From: Stegostoma tigrinum
Taxonomy: Eukaryota
NCBI RefSeq assembly: GCF_030684315.1
Contig: NC_081354.1
Location: 56,262,259-56,326,258, forward strand
Direction of reading: 5' to 3'
DNA length: 64,000 bases
The translations under genes and the position numbers were made by a program. Shown here in pieces: positions 1 to 13,815 of the stretch. Within the stretch, counting starts at the first letter, position 1; every line of letters begins with the position of its first letter. Below the pieces are notes generated by a model. That model made no database searches. It saw nothing but the letters and a program-made list of their open reading frames with translations, and had not been told where the DNA came from.

Positions 1-711
1 TATCCCATGTCAAAAGGCATACCAAGCAGTACTTCAAGAAAGTCAATGACATTCTGTATCCATCAGGGATAAGTGCCACCATCCTCTCTCTCTACCACCT
101 CACATTCAAGCCCAGCACTCACTCTACCTCTGCTACTACACAAACAGCTCACTCAAGCTGATGGAAAACAATCCTCAGAAGGCATCCAATAACCCATTAA
201 TACTGCAGTCTTGTAACACTTCTACCAAACAGAGTCCATCAGCAGTGTCCTTGTATGCAGTGTAAATGTTGTTTTCCCCTTGAACTGGGATTCTTGCAAA
301 TTATCCTGACAAGTGCAAGATAAATATGTGTCTTTTTTTCAGCAATACTCAAGTTCTGCAATACCAAATGACTATTTTTGCCAATTTTTTCTAAATGTTA
401 AATTTCCTTTAATATGTAGGTCCCAAGCTTAGTTACTTTACAGCTAAATCTGCATAATGGCCATTAAACCATACTTTTATTAGTGCGATTAATTCATTTA
501 TTTTGTTGCAAATGTCACATGGATTTAGGTAGAATGTTTTTAATTGTGCCTTTCTAACACTATTCAGTACATCAGTTGAATCAAATTTTGTTTCTGCTGC
601 TTTTCACTTTCATTTACACCTTATCTACTTCCCAAAAACAGCTTTATCCTCACAAACAGGATATGAATCACAATCAGACTAAAGAGTAACACATCCTTCC
701 TTTACAGTCAT

Positions 712-3255
712 TAGTTTTGATTTGATTTACTACTATCACATGTACCGGGACACAATGAAAAGTATTATTAATTGTGCTAAATAGACATATCACACCTTAG
801 AGAAATACATCAGGGTAATAGAATAGAATATAGTGTTACAGCTACAGAGAAAGCGCAGGGAAAGATAAACTCTAATGGTCAGTGCATTAGTCAGTTCATA
901 AATATGAAGCTGTTCTTGAACCTGCTGGTGTGTGTTTTCGTATCTTCGGTCCAATGGACGAGGGTGGAAGAGAGAACAACCAGGGAGCAGTCGTTGACTA
1001 CATTGCATAATTTTCTGAGACTGCAGGAATTGTAGATGGTGCCAAAGGAAGGAAGGCTAGTTTTCATGATAGACTGGGCTGCATTTATGACTCTTCTGTA
1101 ATTTCTTGTGATCTTGAGCAGAGCAGTTCCTAAACCACACTGCAATGCATCTGGGTAGATTGCTTGCTACAGTGCATCTCTAGAAATTGGTGAGGATCAT
1201 TGTGGACATGCCAAATTTCATTAGACTTCTGAGGAAATAGAGGCACTGGGGTGCCTTCTTGACTGTGGATGGGCCTAGATAGGTCATTGCTGATATTTAC
1301 TTCTAGGAGCTTGAAGCTCTCGACCATTTCCACCTCAGCAGAAGTGACACAGACAGGAGCATGTCCTCCACTCCACTTCCTGAAGTTGATGAACTACTCC
1401 TTCATTTTGTTGACATTGAAGGAGATACTGTTGTCTTTACAACATGCCACTAAGCCCTCTATCTCTCTCCTATGCTCTGCCTTGTTGTTGTTTGACATCA
1501 AACCCACTACAGTGGTATCAGCAGTAAATTTGTCAATGGAGTTAGAGCTGAATTTGGCCACACAGTCATGAGTTTATAAGCAGTATACTAAGTGTTTGAG
1601 TATTCAGCCTTTGGGGGAGGTGGGGGTGCTGATGTTGAAAATCATTGTGGAGGAGGTGCTGTTGTCTATCCTTACTGATTGCGGTCTGAGAGTCAGGAAG
1701 TTGAGGATCCAGTTACTGAGGGGAAAACAGAGTTCTAGGTCTCAGAGTTTGGAGTTGAGTTTGCATGGAATTATGGTGTTTAAGACAGAGCTAAAGTCAA
1801 TAAATAGGAGTGTGACATAGGATGCTCTTATTATCCAGATGTTCAGGGATGAGCATGGGGCCAGGGAGATGGCATCTGCCATGGATCTTGTTAATACTAC
1901 AGTTCACCTACCGTCACAAGGCAGTCTGGGAGGCTGGGCTTAACATGTGCCATTACTAAGCTCATGAAGCACGTCATAATGATGGATGTCAGAGCCACTG
2001 GGCGATAGTCATTAAGGCACGTTGCCTGGTTTTCCTTTGGCACTGGGACGCTAATGGTCTTCTTCAAGCAGGTGGAAACCTCACAGCGTAGTAGCAAGTT
2101 AAAGAAGTCTACGAACACTCCCGCCAGCTGGTCTGCGCAAGATTTGAGTGCATGGCTGGGGACTCCATCCGGGTTCACTCTTAAGAAGGGGCCAATGTGA
2201 ACATCTGTGGCAGTGGCTGTGGGTAAAGGAGCACCCGAGGCTGTAGGGGCAGGTGGTATCACTTCACTCGACCTTCTATTCAAAATGAGCATAGAATTTA
2301 TCGAGCTCATCAGGGAGGGATACATTGTTGTCAGTGATTCTACTCGATTTTAGTTTGTAGCTCATTATATCATGACAGCCTTTACACAGTCAATATGTGT
2401 TCATGTGGTTAGTCTGGGACTCTAGTTTAGTCTGGTATTGCCTCTTGGCATCCCTGATGGCTTTCTGAAGATCGTACCTGGACTTCCTGCACAGGTCAGG
2501 GTCACCTGACTTGAACACCTCACACCTGAACTTCAGGAACGAGTGGATCTTCCGCTCCATCCATGGTTTCCATTGGGGAAGTCTTGGATAAACTTCTTCG
2601 GCATGTAGTCCTTTCGATACTTACTGAAGTCTGTAATGGTAGTGGCGCACTCATTTAGGTTGGTCACTGAGTTCTTAAATATGGGCCAGTCTACCGACGC
2701 CAAGCTCATCTGTTACCTCAGACCAACACTGTACAACTTTCTGTCCCAAATACTCACACTTCAGTTTCAGCTTACAATCCAGGAGAAGGAGCACAGCCTT
2801 ATGGTCTAATATACCAAAATACCAGAGAGGTATAGAGTGGTAGGCAACTTTTGACAGTTGTGCAGCAATGATCAAGGGTGTTTAGGCCTCCAGTGGGGCA
2901 GGAAATGTGTTGATTGTGCCTTGGTAGCACAACCTTGAGGTTGGCCTCATTGAATTCACTGGCTACAACGAACAAGACCTTTGAATATTCCATCTCATTG
3001 CTATTTGTAGCGAAGTATATTTCATCAAGTGTGCTCTTCACTTCCACGTGTAGTGAGATGTAAATTGATGTCAGGATAGCAGAAGTAACCTCCCATAACA
3101 GGTAGTAGGTCACTGCTTCACTGGTAGACATTCTAGGTCCAGGGAGCAGTAATTTGCCAGAGTTGTCACATCCGAGCACTGAGAAGGGTTGAGCAAGAGG
3201 CAGACTCCTCTGCCCTTTACCTTGCCTGAGAATGCAGAAATCTAAAGCCATTCCC
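712..3255 (-). mobile_element. Degenerate Rex1/Babar-type non-LTR retrotransposon (APE + RT)
   Basis: ORF fragments include DGVPSHALKSCADQLAGVFVDFFNL...VPVPKENQATCLNDYRPVALTSIIM (RT N-terminus) and HISCPTGGLNTLDHC (APE). The 3' tail gtacatgtgatagtagtaaatcaaatcaaa lies near 712-750. Many stops and frameshifts. Confidence 0.8.
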
Positions 3256-4313
3256 TCTACATTATATTTCTAGCCATGTGTTCATTCACACACTATGATA
3301 TGCATTGGCACAATTCAACTCTTTCTTTCATACATGGTGCTCTGGAACTGTAACAACAGCAACAGGCCTCTGTTTCTATCCTCGTTGTGTAGCCTGTGTG
3401 TTTCCTTGCAGGTCTGCTGTCTCTCTCTCTCTCCCGCCAGAGAACTGGAGGCTCTGAGCCCCAATCTCTGCTGATCCTCTCTGTAGCCAGCACATTTCTT
3501 TGCAGATACACACACTCACCCAGGTAAGTGTGGGCCCCAGACCCTGCTGTCTGCATAAATCCTCTCTCTCTGCCACCGATGCATTTGTTTGCAGATCTGC
3601 TGACTGTTCTCCAAGCTAAGTGACATGTTGAGCTTCTAATCCACTCAAACCTCTACAACTCTTTAAACGTGGCCCTTAACTACTCGATTACCATTTATCA
3701 TTCAGCTATGTTATCCATTAATTCAAATTTTCAGTCTTTTACAGTCATCTATGTTAAATTTCACTTGCAATTACCCATCTATTGTAGGTTCCCAAGCAAA
3801 CTTTCCAAATGCAAAAGCCCCTCAATTTTAGTATCTCTTGTATTCAGCCTCTGAGCTTAAGTTAATGTAAACTTGCAACAATAAAGGTCATAACCTTGGG
3901 CACGCTGCTCAAAATAGCTCTCCTAACTTGAATTCTCTAAAAGATGATTGCAGGTTCTTATCCTTCAGTCAGTCAGCATCTTATGTGGTCCTATTTTAGC
4001 TGGGATGCCCATTACATTAAATATAATGTGTGCTATTTTCAACATACTTGCTAGAAAGCAACGAACACTCAGTGTTGATATGAGGCTAACTGACCTGCAG
4101 TTGCTGACCTCTTTCCTAGCCTTTTTGACACAGATCATGTTAACTAGAATGGCTTAAACATCTGCTGAATGTGTTTTTAGTCTGTTTAAGTCAGGCCACC
4201 TCTCAAATCAGATACAAGTCCAAAACTAATTTGTAAATGAAAAAAAATGAAGAAATCAATTATTAAGCCATTGATATTAAATTGTGACTGGACTCAAATT
4301 TACAACTTCTTAC

Positions 4314-4405
4314 TTTAATATCTTCAGAGGGATCGAGGTATCCTTGATAGCTACAATAACACCACCATGGTCAAGATAAAGAATATGATGTTCTTCCTCA
4401 AACAC
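4314..4405 (-). CDS. SORCS2: SORCS2 internal coding exon (92 nt)
   Basis: ttccttcag|GTG TTT...TTA AA|gtaaga translates VFEEEHHILYLDHGGVIVAIKDTSIPLKIL(K), essentially identical to recalled SORCS2. The gene continues beyond position 1. Confidence 0.96.
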
Positions 4406-4464
4406 CTGAAGGAAACAACACAACCATCAGAACATTGGGATGCTTATTGAGTCTCACATAAATC

Positions 4465-4568
4465 AAAATAAAAACAGGTAATACTGGCAAAACTCAGCAG
4501 GTCTGGCAGTATCTGAGGAGAGTGAAACAGAGTTAATGTTTCAAGTCCCACGACTCTTCTTCAACAGT
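4465..4568 (-). mobile_element. Short PLE-pLTR-like repeat, older family B, with decayed hammerhead
   Basis: Minus strand reads tgaaga agagtc gtgg gactt gaaacatt aact ctgtttc...ccagacctgctgagttttgccag. Related copies lie at about 7555-7650, 11445-11570, 17735-17835, 26975-27115, 31232-31330 and 45760-45873. Confidence 0.6.
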
Positions 4569-4573
4569 TTTAG

Positions 4574-6680
4574 GACATAGGATGGTACAGCACAGGAACA
4601 GGCCCTTTGGTTCACTATACCTGCACCTACCATGACAGCTTTCTAAACTAATGTCATCTACCTGCACATGGTGCATATCCCTCTATTTTTTGCCTGTTTG
4701 TGTGTCTGTCTAAATGCCTTTTAGATGTTGCTATTGTATTTGCTTCTAATATCTCCCAAGGCAGTGCGTTCCAGGCACCTACCACCTGTGTATTTGACAG
4801 TTCTACCCTGGGAAAAAGACTTTGACTGTTCACTCTATCTATGCTTCTCATAACTTTATACACTTCTGTCGGGTCACCCTCAGCTTCCGGCACTTTAGCA
4901 AAAACAATCTAAGTTTGTTGAACCTCTCTGTAAAGCTCAAACACTCCAATTAAAGCAATATCCCGGTAACCATTTTTGGGGCTTTCTCCAAAGTCTTCAC
5001 ATCCTTCCTATAGTGAGGTGACACAAACTGCACACAATGCTCCAAATGTGGCCTAACTAAAGTTTTATACAGCTACAACATGACTTACTAACTTTTATAC
5101 TCAATGGCCTGATGAAAGCGAGCAGGCCAAATGCCATCTTTACCACCTTATCCATCTGTGTTGCCACTTTCAGGGCACTATGGGCTTGTACTCAAGATTC
5201 CTCAGTAGATCAATGCTCCTAAGGGTCCTGTCATTTATGTACACTTTCTTTTCTCATTTTCCCTCTCAAAATGCATCATCCCAAACTTGTCTGGATTAAA
5301 CTCCATCTGCCTTTTCTCTGCTCAACCTTCCAACTGAGCTTTAGCTTGCTGTATCCTTTGACAACTTTCCTCACTATCTATGACTCCACCAATTTTTGTG
5401 TCATTTGCAAATTTACTAATCAGACTATTTACATTTTCATGTAAATCATTTGTATACGTATTGCAAACAAGACCGGCTCCAGCACTCATCCTTGCTGAAC
5501 ACCACTAGTCACAGACCTCAAATCAGAAAAACCACCCTTCCAAAAGTACACTCTGCCTTCTAATGATCCAAGCCAATTTTGTACCCAACTTACCAACTCA
5601 CTGTGGATCACAGTGTGGCTTAATCTTCTGGACCACTCAATCATGAGGGATCTGGTCAAATGCTTTAGTAAAGTCCATGCTCCTCCAATAAAGTTTTGAT
5701 CACCAGGCTGGCTCATTCTCCAACACAAGGTCTAGTAAGGCCCCTTCCTTAATTTGACTATCTACATATTGTTCAAGAAATTCTCATTGATGCACCTAAC
5801 AAATTCTGCCCCATGTCAGCCCCTGGCACAATATGAGGAAAGTTAAATCACACACTATATAAACCCTATTGCTTTTACATCTTTCTATGATCTGTTTACA
5901 TATCTGTTCCTCTAATTTGCACTGGCTATTGGGAGGGCTATGATATAAGGCCATTATAGTGATTGCACCTCTCTTATTCCTGAGTTCTATCCATATGGCT
6001 TTGGCGGATGTGATATTCTCCTTAATCACTAGAGGAACTTTCCCATCTTTTCTACATTCCTGTCTATCTCACCTGGAACATCTAAACCCTGGACTTTGAG
6101 CTACCATTTCTGCTCTTCTCTCAAGCTAGTTTTGTAATGGCTACAACATCATAGTTCCATGCACTAATCAACGCTGTAAGCTCATCTGCCTTACCTGTTA
6201 TAATCCTTGCATTAAAATGCTTCAGATTGCCAGCCTTGCTGTGTTCATAACCTGGTACTGCCTGTTCTTCCTCTTCAATGACTTAACATTGATCTTCTCC
6301 ACAATCATTCCATCTGCTGACCTATTCCTCTGATTCCCAGCCACTTTAGTTTAAATGCTCCCAAGTGGTGCCAGCAAACTACCCTGCAAAATGCTGGTGT
6401 CACTCCTATGGTGCAGCCTGTCCTTCTTATCCAGGTCCCTCCTGCCCTGGAAGAGATCCCAATTATCCAGATATCAGAAACCTTCACTCCTACATAAGGC
6501 TTTTAGCCACACATTCAATTGTTTATTTTCCTATTTCTGGCCTCAGTAGCACGTGGCACAGGGTGTAATTACAAGTTTTCAACTTTTTGCTTAAATCCCG
6601 AAACTCCCTTTGCAGGACCCTCATCTCTCTTCCAGTCTGTGGCGTTAGTGCTGATATGGACCACACCTCTGGCAGCTTAC
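4574..6680 (-). mobile_element. Degenerate CR1 LINE (3' UTR, RT, APE, part of ORF1 esterase)
   Basis: Fragments are EVYKVMRSIDRVNSQSLFPRV (CR1 C-terminus), SWVQNWL...VTSGV (RT), IWIELRNKRGAITIMALYHSPPNS (APE), and an ORF1-like GFxYLDNWDLF segment near 6430-6480. Confidence 0.85.
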
Positions 6681-8594
6681 AGAATATCCCTTTCAGAATA
6701 TCCTGTTGTGGACTATCTTCCTTTCTTATTTCAGGTATCTAGCATCTATAGTATTTTATTTTTTTTCACATAATCTAAATTCCTACCTGAGAAAAAGCTG
6801 TTGTCAATAAAATTGGGATTAATCAATGTGAAAAAAATGAATTGCTGGATTGATATGGACCAAAACAAAATAAATTCTATCTTTTGAACAGATTTGTCAG
6901 CCCACCTAGCACCTAGGGTGAAATGGAATTGTTTGATTATGATTGACTTCTACTTGGCCCACTTGTATCATGTTTCCTTCTCCAACTATATTACCAAACA
7001 CATGACTTCCTTTGTTAACGTAATTTTTCAACCACCAACCACAAAGTTCCTGAAAGTGATCCAGTTTGATTCATCCTTCAAATTCCCCTCGCTTTTCCCT
7101 TTCTATGATGAAATACTTTGTTTGGAACAGATGGCCTGCCAGAGGCGATGAGCTCACTGCTTAGGGAATTGCAATCATGCAACTAATCTATGACATAGGT
7201 CATTAGTTACCCTGATGCGACATAGCCAAACCTTTACAAATTAAGACCTAATTATGAATTGAAAGGAAAAGCAAACTTTAAGGCTGACGGAACATAATGA
7301 GGTGTCCATAAGAGACAGAGAAATGTATATTAGTTTATTTTCTGACTGCAATGGAACTATATTTATAATTGAATATTATTTATAATACAACCCTAAACCA
7401 TTTCCAAGATGTATAAGAGAGAACTTCAAGAAAGTAGCTTAGAAAGGATCTAACTATTGTTATTTATAATTGACGTTGTGAATGTAAAATACAAATTAGA
7501 TTAATATTTTCCATCTTCTGTTAATAGCAGCTATTTTATGAATGGTGAATAATAAATCTGAAATAAAAGCAGGATATGCTCAGTGGGTCTGGCAGCATCT
7601 ACAGAGGGAAAAACAGTTAACATTTTAAGTTTTGACCTTTGATTCAGAATTGTAAAAAATCATAAACAAGAAAAGAATAGTGATTTAACTTATCTCGAAA
7701 GCTACTTGAAGATTCTTAAATAAAATCTACATTTTGTCTACTCTCATAAGGCTGTTCCAAATTCTTTTGTCTTTATTCTTTGCAACTCACTTAAACACAA
7801 CAAAAATCTGTCATTTTATCTGATCTCCACATTTGGAAACAGAATTTTTTTCAAAAATTCCATCCCTTAAACCTCTCCAAGATGGGAGGCAAAATACCTG
7901 CTTCTGTGAAACAATCAAAAAGGAATTTTAAAACAGGTGGAATTTTTCTTCTAAAATAAGAATAACTCCAAAGCCTCATTTCTACTGACCACTAGAGACA
8001 AGTAACAAGACAAGAACAGAGAGGATATGCAAGTTGATTTTCAAGGTGTGGTATATACTTTCTCTCTATCCAGAGAGTTTCTCTCTTTTTACCCTGCATT
8101 GAGTGGAGTAGTTGTTGGATGTGTTGGCAAATTGAAAACAGAGAGGACTTCAGTTCAAATGCTATGTGATACAGAGGTATGCATGACTAAACGAATGCCC
8201 ACGCTTCAAATTAGCTCCCTACATGCTCCCAAATGCTAATTAGCCTCATCTTTGACACTATACTAACATAGGTGGCAGTGGCTAATGCCTAGGCGGTAGC
8301 CTCCTGAGCCACATATACAAGTGATAGTTATTTTAAAAAAACTTCAAGACATGGATAAAGATTTTATGATAAACATACACTGAATGATAAATAAAAATCC
8401 AAGAACATTATATTTGATGAAAAATGGAGATTTATACATTTCTTTGAAGTTGCATTTTGATTTAAATGAAGCACTCTTTACAGAGCGAGAATCTACACAA
8501 AAGACAAAGTGAGAGTTGCTCAACACTTGATACAAAGTAGCCAATGTATCAACAAATAAGCCACAGCATAAAGTGTTGGGTTCAGTTTACTTGC

Positions 8595-8671
8595 CTGCCT
8601 CCATGTATTGCCACAGTCGGAGGTTATGTACATATCTTCCTTGTACTCAACCAGCTGGGCTCCTAAGTTTC
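8595..8671 (-). CDS. SORCS2: SORCS2 internal coding exon (77 nt), GC splice donor
   Basis: atctcttag|GA AAC TTA...AGG CAG|gcaagt translates (G)NLGAQLVEYKEDMYITSDCGNTWRQ, with Asp-box SDCGNTW. It starts in phase 1, matching the previous exon; the phase-0 end requires the GC donor. Confidence 0.93.
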
Positions 8672-9134
8672 CTAAGAGATGAGAAGTCATTCTTTGACAT
8701 GATGCAAAGACACCAAACTTTTGAGCAGATATGAACTAATTGCTTACTACAAACATACAAAGGGACTGAGGTATTATTTTCAAACCCAGTAGCATGACCA
8801 CCATGTATTTTAATGAAACCATTGTTAAAGAATATTCATACTTCACTCACCTTCTCAGTAATGAAATTATAAAGTATTTTGATTCTGAGAACTGCTGCTG
8901 ATGGAGATTGGTTGGATTAGACACCTATTTGACCAGTGGTTAAATCCACCAACAATGATGGAATCAAAGTATGGGCTAATTTTAACTGTGGTGGTGGTAA
9001 ACCTGAAAGAGTGTCAGAGATCCAGGGAAAAGCCATCTCCACTGTCATTTTAGGGAGTTCTGACACGACGCAAAGGTCGTCAGGCCATTCACTGTGTGCT
9101 GCGTGCTCATTTCAATGACCGTGACAGATAATTT

Positions 9135-9243
9135 CAAATTAACCCACTCAGAGATGTTATTACACATATCTGGAGTAGATGGGACTTGAACCCAGGTCTC
9201 CTGTCTCAGATGTAGGAACACTACCATTGCTCCATGACAGCCC
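9135..9243 (-). mobile_element. tRNA-derived SINE head
   Basis: The minus strand has A-box-like TGGAGCAATGG (9224-9234) and B-box GGTTCAAGTCCC (9181-9192) at tRNA spacing, with no complete cloverleaf. Confidence 0.6.
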
Positions 9244-10614
9244 AACGATTGTAGCATTCAGCCAAGTATTGTTGTTCACTGACTATGTACTGAGCAAGGA
9301 GCCCCAGCCTGCACTTCTGAAAGACAGCCTAACATGGCAGTAAATATTCTTTTTCAACAGCTCCTCTTGAGATTTTCAGTTTTTAGTATTCAGAACTATC
9401 TTTTTCACCCTCCCTCACACATTTATTAGGTGATGCAGTCCATAGAGACATTTTCTCCTGCATGTGTGTTGATGCATAGAGTACAGCCATAGAAGCAGAA
9501 TAAGAAGAATTCATCAATATACTCAATAATTATTAACTCTCCTACAACACATCAAACAAAGCACTGATCTTCTAGGCATCACAGTACTTAACTTGGCACA
9601 GAATCACAGGCACAAACTGTTTTTTCCCCGAAGTTTGACACATATGTCTACACATAAGGTCATCACCCTTAGCACAAATTGGTGAGGTCATAGACAATGT
9701 GCTTCTATTGTGTATTCACTAAGCTAGAATATTTTAACCAGGCAGTTACTCACATTTGTACTGCATCTCAAAAGTCTATTTCAGGTCTAAATATGAAATA
9801 GACACAGTGTTCATTACAATAACACTTGCGGCAGTTTTCTTCATACAAAACTCCTGAATATATAAGCTGTCTGCTCAAGATTCATTCTCGAGTACATAAT
9901 TATTACAAAACTTTCAAGATTTTCCATGTCCCCAGCTGACTAATTGTTCCTTCACTAACTGATTTGAAACTGTTCTCTCTTCTTTTCAATCTCTTCTCTC
10001 TCACCTCATGCTGAATCTCTGCCTTCCCCTGGCTTATAGTCTCCCTTTCTCCCCCATTCCAATGCAGCTACCCTGCCTCCCCCATCCCTCTTGCATACTT
10101 CCATGAGCCTGCAACATACCTTCTTGCTATTTTCTCGACCTCCAGGCCCCTTTCAATGTCCCAGTCTCTTCCACCCATCACTGTGCACCCTCCATGTCTA
10201 CCCCCCATTGAACTGCTGCTTCCCATTTCCACATTTTCACTCCTCCCAAACTCCTGGAAACCTTATCTCCCACACCTACTCTGTAGCCTACCTTCCTTGC
10301 AGCCCTGGCTTCTTCACCCCCACCAACCTGCACCTGGCAAGCAACCAACTTGCCAAAAAAAAAACCATCTCCAGGCACCCTCTCTTGGTCTCAGCAAAAA
10401 AAAGTCAGGCCCTGCTCTCCCCATCCTGTCCCTGCTTTCAGACCTCTCTACCAATCCCCTGCCCCCTCCTGAGCCTTGGTCCTGGGCTCTCGTGCTATTT
10501 CTGGACCCTGGCTCTAGGCAGACACTCCCAGCAATTCCCTCACCGCCAACACTTATTTACCCAGCTGTGTACTACTCCTCCAATTACCAGTAATATCTCT
10601 CCCTCTCATGAATC

Positions 10615-10715
10615 TATCAGCAGTTCAAAAGAACAGCTTACCACCACCTTCTCAAGGGTAATTAGGGATGGGAGTAAGAACGGGCCTGGCCAGAGACACA
10701 CACATCCCATGAACT
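10615..10715 (+). mobile_element. LINE/SINE 3' tail fragment
   Basis: ccaccaccttctcaagggtaattagggatggg...ggcctggccag...cacatcccatgaa. Opposite-strand relatives lie at about 11035-11150, 33580-33660 and 46895-46990. Confidence 0.6.
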
Positions 10716-12574
10716 GGAAGGAGGTAGAGATTACAATTATGGCACAGAAGAGAACCAGCCCGTGATTAGATGAAGAGCTCCTGACCACTTCCTTCTTTTC
10801 TGTTTACTGGGTGAGGGGGAATTTGCTCTGATCGACTTACCTGTGCATGGATTTCCCAGGGCATTATGGGACATTTGGGGCAAATGTGCCCACTGTTCCC
10901 ATGCATTTTCCATGCTGTAGCCTACCCTTCTTAAAAACAAAGTACATTAAGAACGTAGCAGCTGTTTAAGCTGTCTCCAGATCACTAGTGTAGCATTAGT
11001 CACAGAGTCAGATCTTCGAGGTTCTTTTTCTTTTATTATTATTTCACAGTAAGAGGGCAATGCTGGTTGGGCCCATTTGTTGCCCAGCTCTAGTCATTCT
11101 TGAGAAGGTGGGTGGTAAGACATTTTCGTGAACTGCTGCAGTACTTGAGGAGTAGAGACTCTCACAGAGCTCTGTTGCAGTGTGGAGACTTCAGTCCAGA
11201 ACATAGGAAGGAGGCATCCCTCTGGGCACTCACTGTGAAGGACAAGTTAGTAATTAATCATTGAAGCCAATACAGAGACAGTGAACCAGAGGATCTGCAG
11301 CAGAGCCAGGAGAAGTCAAAACCTCCCTTGGGTTTTCAAGGTTATCTCCTACCCAGCACACTGTAATTCTCTGATGTATCAAACATTCAGCACACGCCCA
11401 GCAGGAATCAGAATGCATGCCTAACATTCATATCTTCCAACAGAATAAAACAAAGAACTACAGGTACTGGAAATCTGAGCACACAAAAGCAGAAATAACT
11501 GGAGGTATTCAGCAGGCCTGGCAGCATTTGTTGAGAGAAAATAGAGTTAATGTTTTGAATCCAGTGATAGTGTCAACGTCACTAACATGTATCACAAAAG
11601 AGGTGTGGACAAGACCATAATACGCGTTTCCCAAATCTGAACAATAATCATTTATCACCATTCTCTGCTTTCTGTCTCTTAGCCAATTTTGTAATCATGC
11701 TGCCATTTTCCCTTCTATGGGAAATTTGCTAACAGGTCTATCATTTTACAGTTCTACAAAAACCTTGTATACAATGTTATTATTGCCAACTGAGATCACA
11801 ACAATGAAAAAGTCAGATCCCAGATGGAAGCCTGGCTTGGATAATCTTAAGTTTTATTTTTCTTTTTGTTCACACTGGATGTCAGTCACTGAACATAATC
11901 ACAAGAGGGTACCAATGTGTGTTTAACAAAAAGATATAAATGTATATTACAAAATAAAAGTACCAGTTCTATTTCACTTTACAGAAACAATTGGGCCAAT
12001 CTCATTACAAGTGTCAGAAGGAAAGGGTCATCCTTCTTATCCAGCAGTAATTCTCAGTGACAGTCAGCCCAGTCTGCACATCATATGGAACAATCGTCAT
12101 CAGTTTACTTTTGACAAATCATCATGTATTCGATAGATTCTATTTTCTTAATGACACAGGAACAGGAGTAGGTTAATCTGATTGAACGCTTTAATGCTTT
12201 TTGCCCACCCCATCACCATAACCCTCAATGCTATTGGCAATCAAAAATCTATCAGTATGTTCCTCTTACTGTGAAGCTGAGCAAAGGAAGAAAGCCTGCA
12301 GTGGCATGAGAAGATGCCAGACAAAATGTCACATTTCCTTCAACACTTTGGTCCTCTGTCAAGGTCCATTTCGTGATTTTATCAGCACTTCTTAAAAATA
12401 GAGAAACACACATGACTACAGTATGATAATCCTGGACAAATATGGTATTGCTGGAGTCCTGAACAAGGTGAAAAACAATTTTCATACATATATGTAGCTA
12501 GCAAATGTTTTAAAAGACATTATATAGTCTGGCAAAGATGGCTATTATATTCATGTGAATGAACTTATAATAAG

Positions 12575-13815
12575 ACAAGTCTGCTCTGCCATTCAATGAG
12601 ATCATGGCTAATTGATAATCCTTAAATCCACTTCTTTGCCTTTTCTCCACAATCCTTGATTTTCTTACTGATCAAAAATTTGTCAATCTCAGCTATCAAT
12701 ATACTTATCAAACCAGTCTCTCCAGCCCTCTGTGTTAAAGAATTTCACATCTGCATTTCTTTCTCTCAAGAGTAGAAATTTCTCCTCAGTTCTGTCTTAA
12801 ATGGTCAACCCCTCACTCTGAAATTATGCCCTCTAGTCCTAGAGTCTCCCACGTGGGGACATGACCTTTCTGCATCTACCCTAACGAGTCCCCCAAAGAA
12901 TTTTATAGATTTCAAGAAGGTGTCATCTCATTATCCTAGACTCCAATGAGTACAAGCTTAACCTACTTAATCTTACTCATAAAAATCTCCCTCCATACCC
13001 AGCACCAACCTAGTTCTGCTTCCAATACCAGTATACCTTTCCCTAAATAAGGGAACCAAAACTGGCAACAGTATTCCAGGTGTGGTCTGACAAGTGCCTT
13101 GAATAGTTATAGCAAGACTTCCCTATATTTTACATTCCATTGCTTTGAAATAAAGACTAACATTTCAAATCTCTCTTTACTTCAGCTACCTGCAGATTTT
13201 CTCATTTAAATAATATTCAGCCCCTCTATTCTCCTTGTTAAAGTGTATAACCTCACATTTTCCTACATTCTATTCCATGTGCTAAGTTTTTGCATATTCA
13301 ATAAATCTGCCTATATCCACCTGCAGACTCAGTATGTCAACCTCACTGCTTCCTTTCTCACATATTTTTGTGTCATCTGCAAACTTGATGATAGCACATA
13401 CATTCACTTTCCTCATCCAAGTCAGCAATATATATTGCAAATATTTGTATTCCTAGCACTGATCCCTGTGGCACTCCACTAGTTACAGGTTGCCATTCTG
13501 AAAATGTCCTCCTTTTTCCATTCCTCAATCTTCTAATGTTTAGCCAATTCTCTATTTATTTTAATACATTGTTCCAACCACCATAGGCTCTTAACTTCTT
13601 AAGTAGACCAACATGCCATAACTTTAATGCCTTTTGGAAATCCAATGTATTGTATCTACTAGTTTTCCTTTATCTATCCTGTGTGTTACCTCCTCAAAGA
13701 GTTCTAATAAATTTGTCAGGCAAAGTTTCACCATCATGAAGCCAAGCGAATTCTGATTAGATTTCTAAATGTTCTGCTATTAAATCCTTTAAAATAGACT
13801 CAAACATTTTCAAGC
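12575..13815 (-). mobile_element. Degenerate CR1 LINE 3' portion
   Basis: Reverse complement shows aagtttgcagatgacac (KFADDT), ctagtggagtgccacaggga (SGVPQG), gatttccaaaaggc (DFQKA) and a CR1-type 3' UTR. Confidence 0.75.

Noticed and set aside
285-375. Third-family hammerhead or pLTR remnant (tcctgacaagtgcaagataaa)
   Set aside because: Both core segments deviate (CTGACAA, no GAAA) and there is only one copy in the window, so it cannot be supported.
1-4313. Next SORCS2 exon (FSxDEGxTW...)
   Set aside because: Not found by eye in this interval; it presumably lies beyond the window start.
9135-9243. Functional tRNA gene
   Set aside because: A and B boxes are present, but I see no acceptor stem or cloverleaf; a SINE head explains it better.
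10091-10765. 224-aa and 145-aa plus-strand ORFs
   Set aside because: They arise from C/T-rich low-complexity DNA with few stop codons, run antisense to the host gene, show no recognisable domain, and end in a LINE tail.
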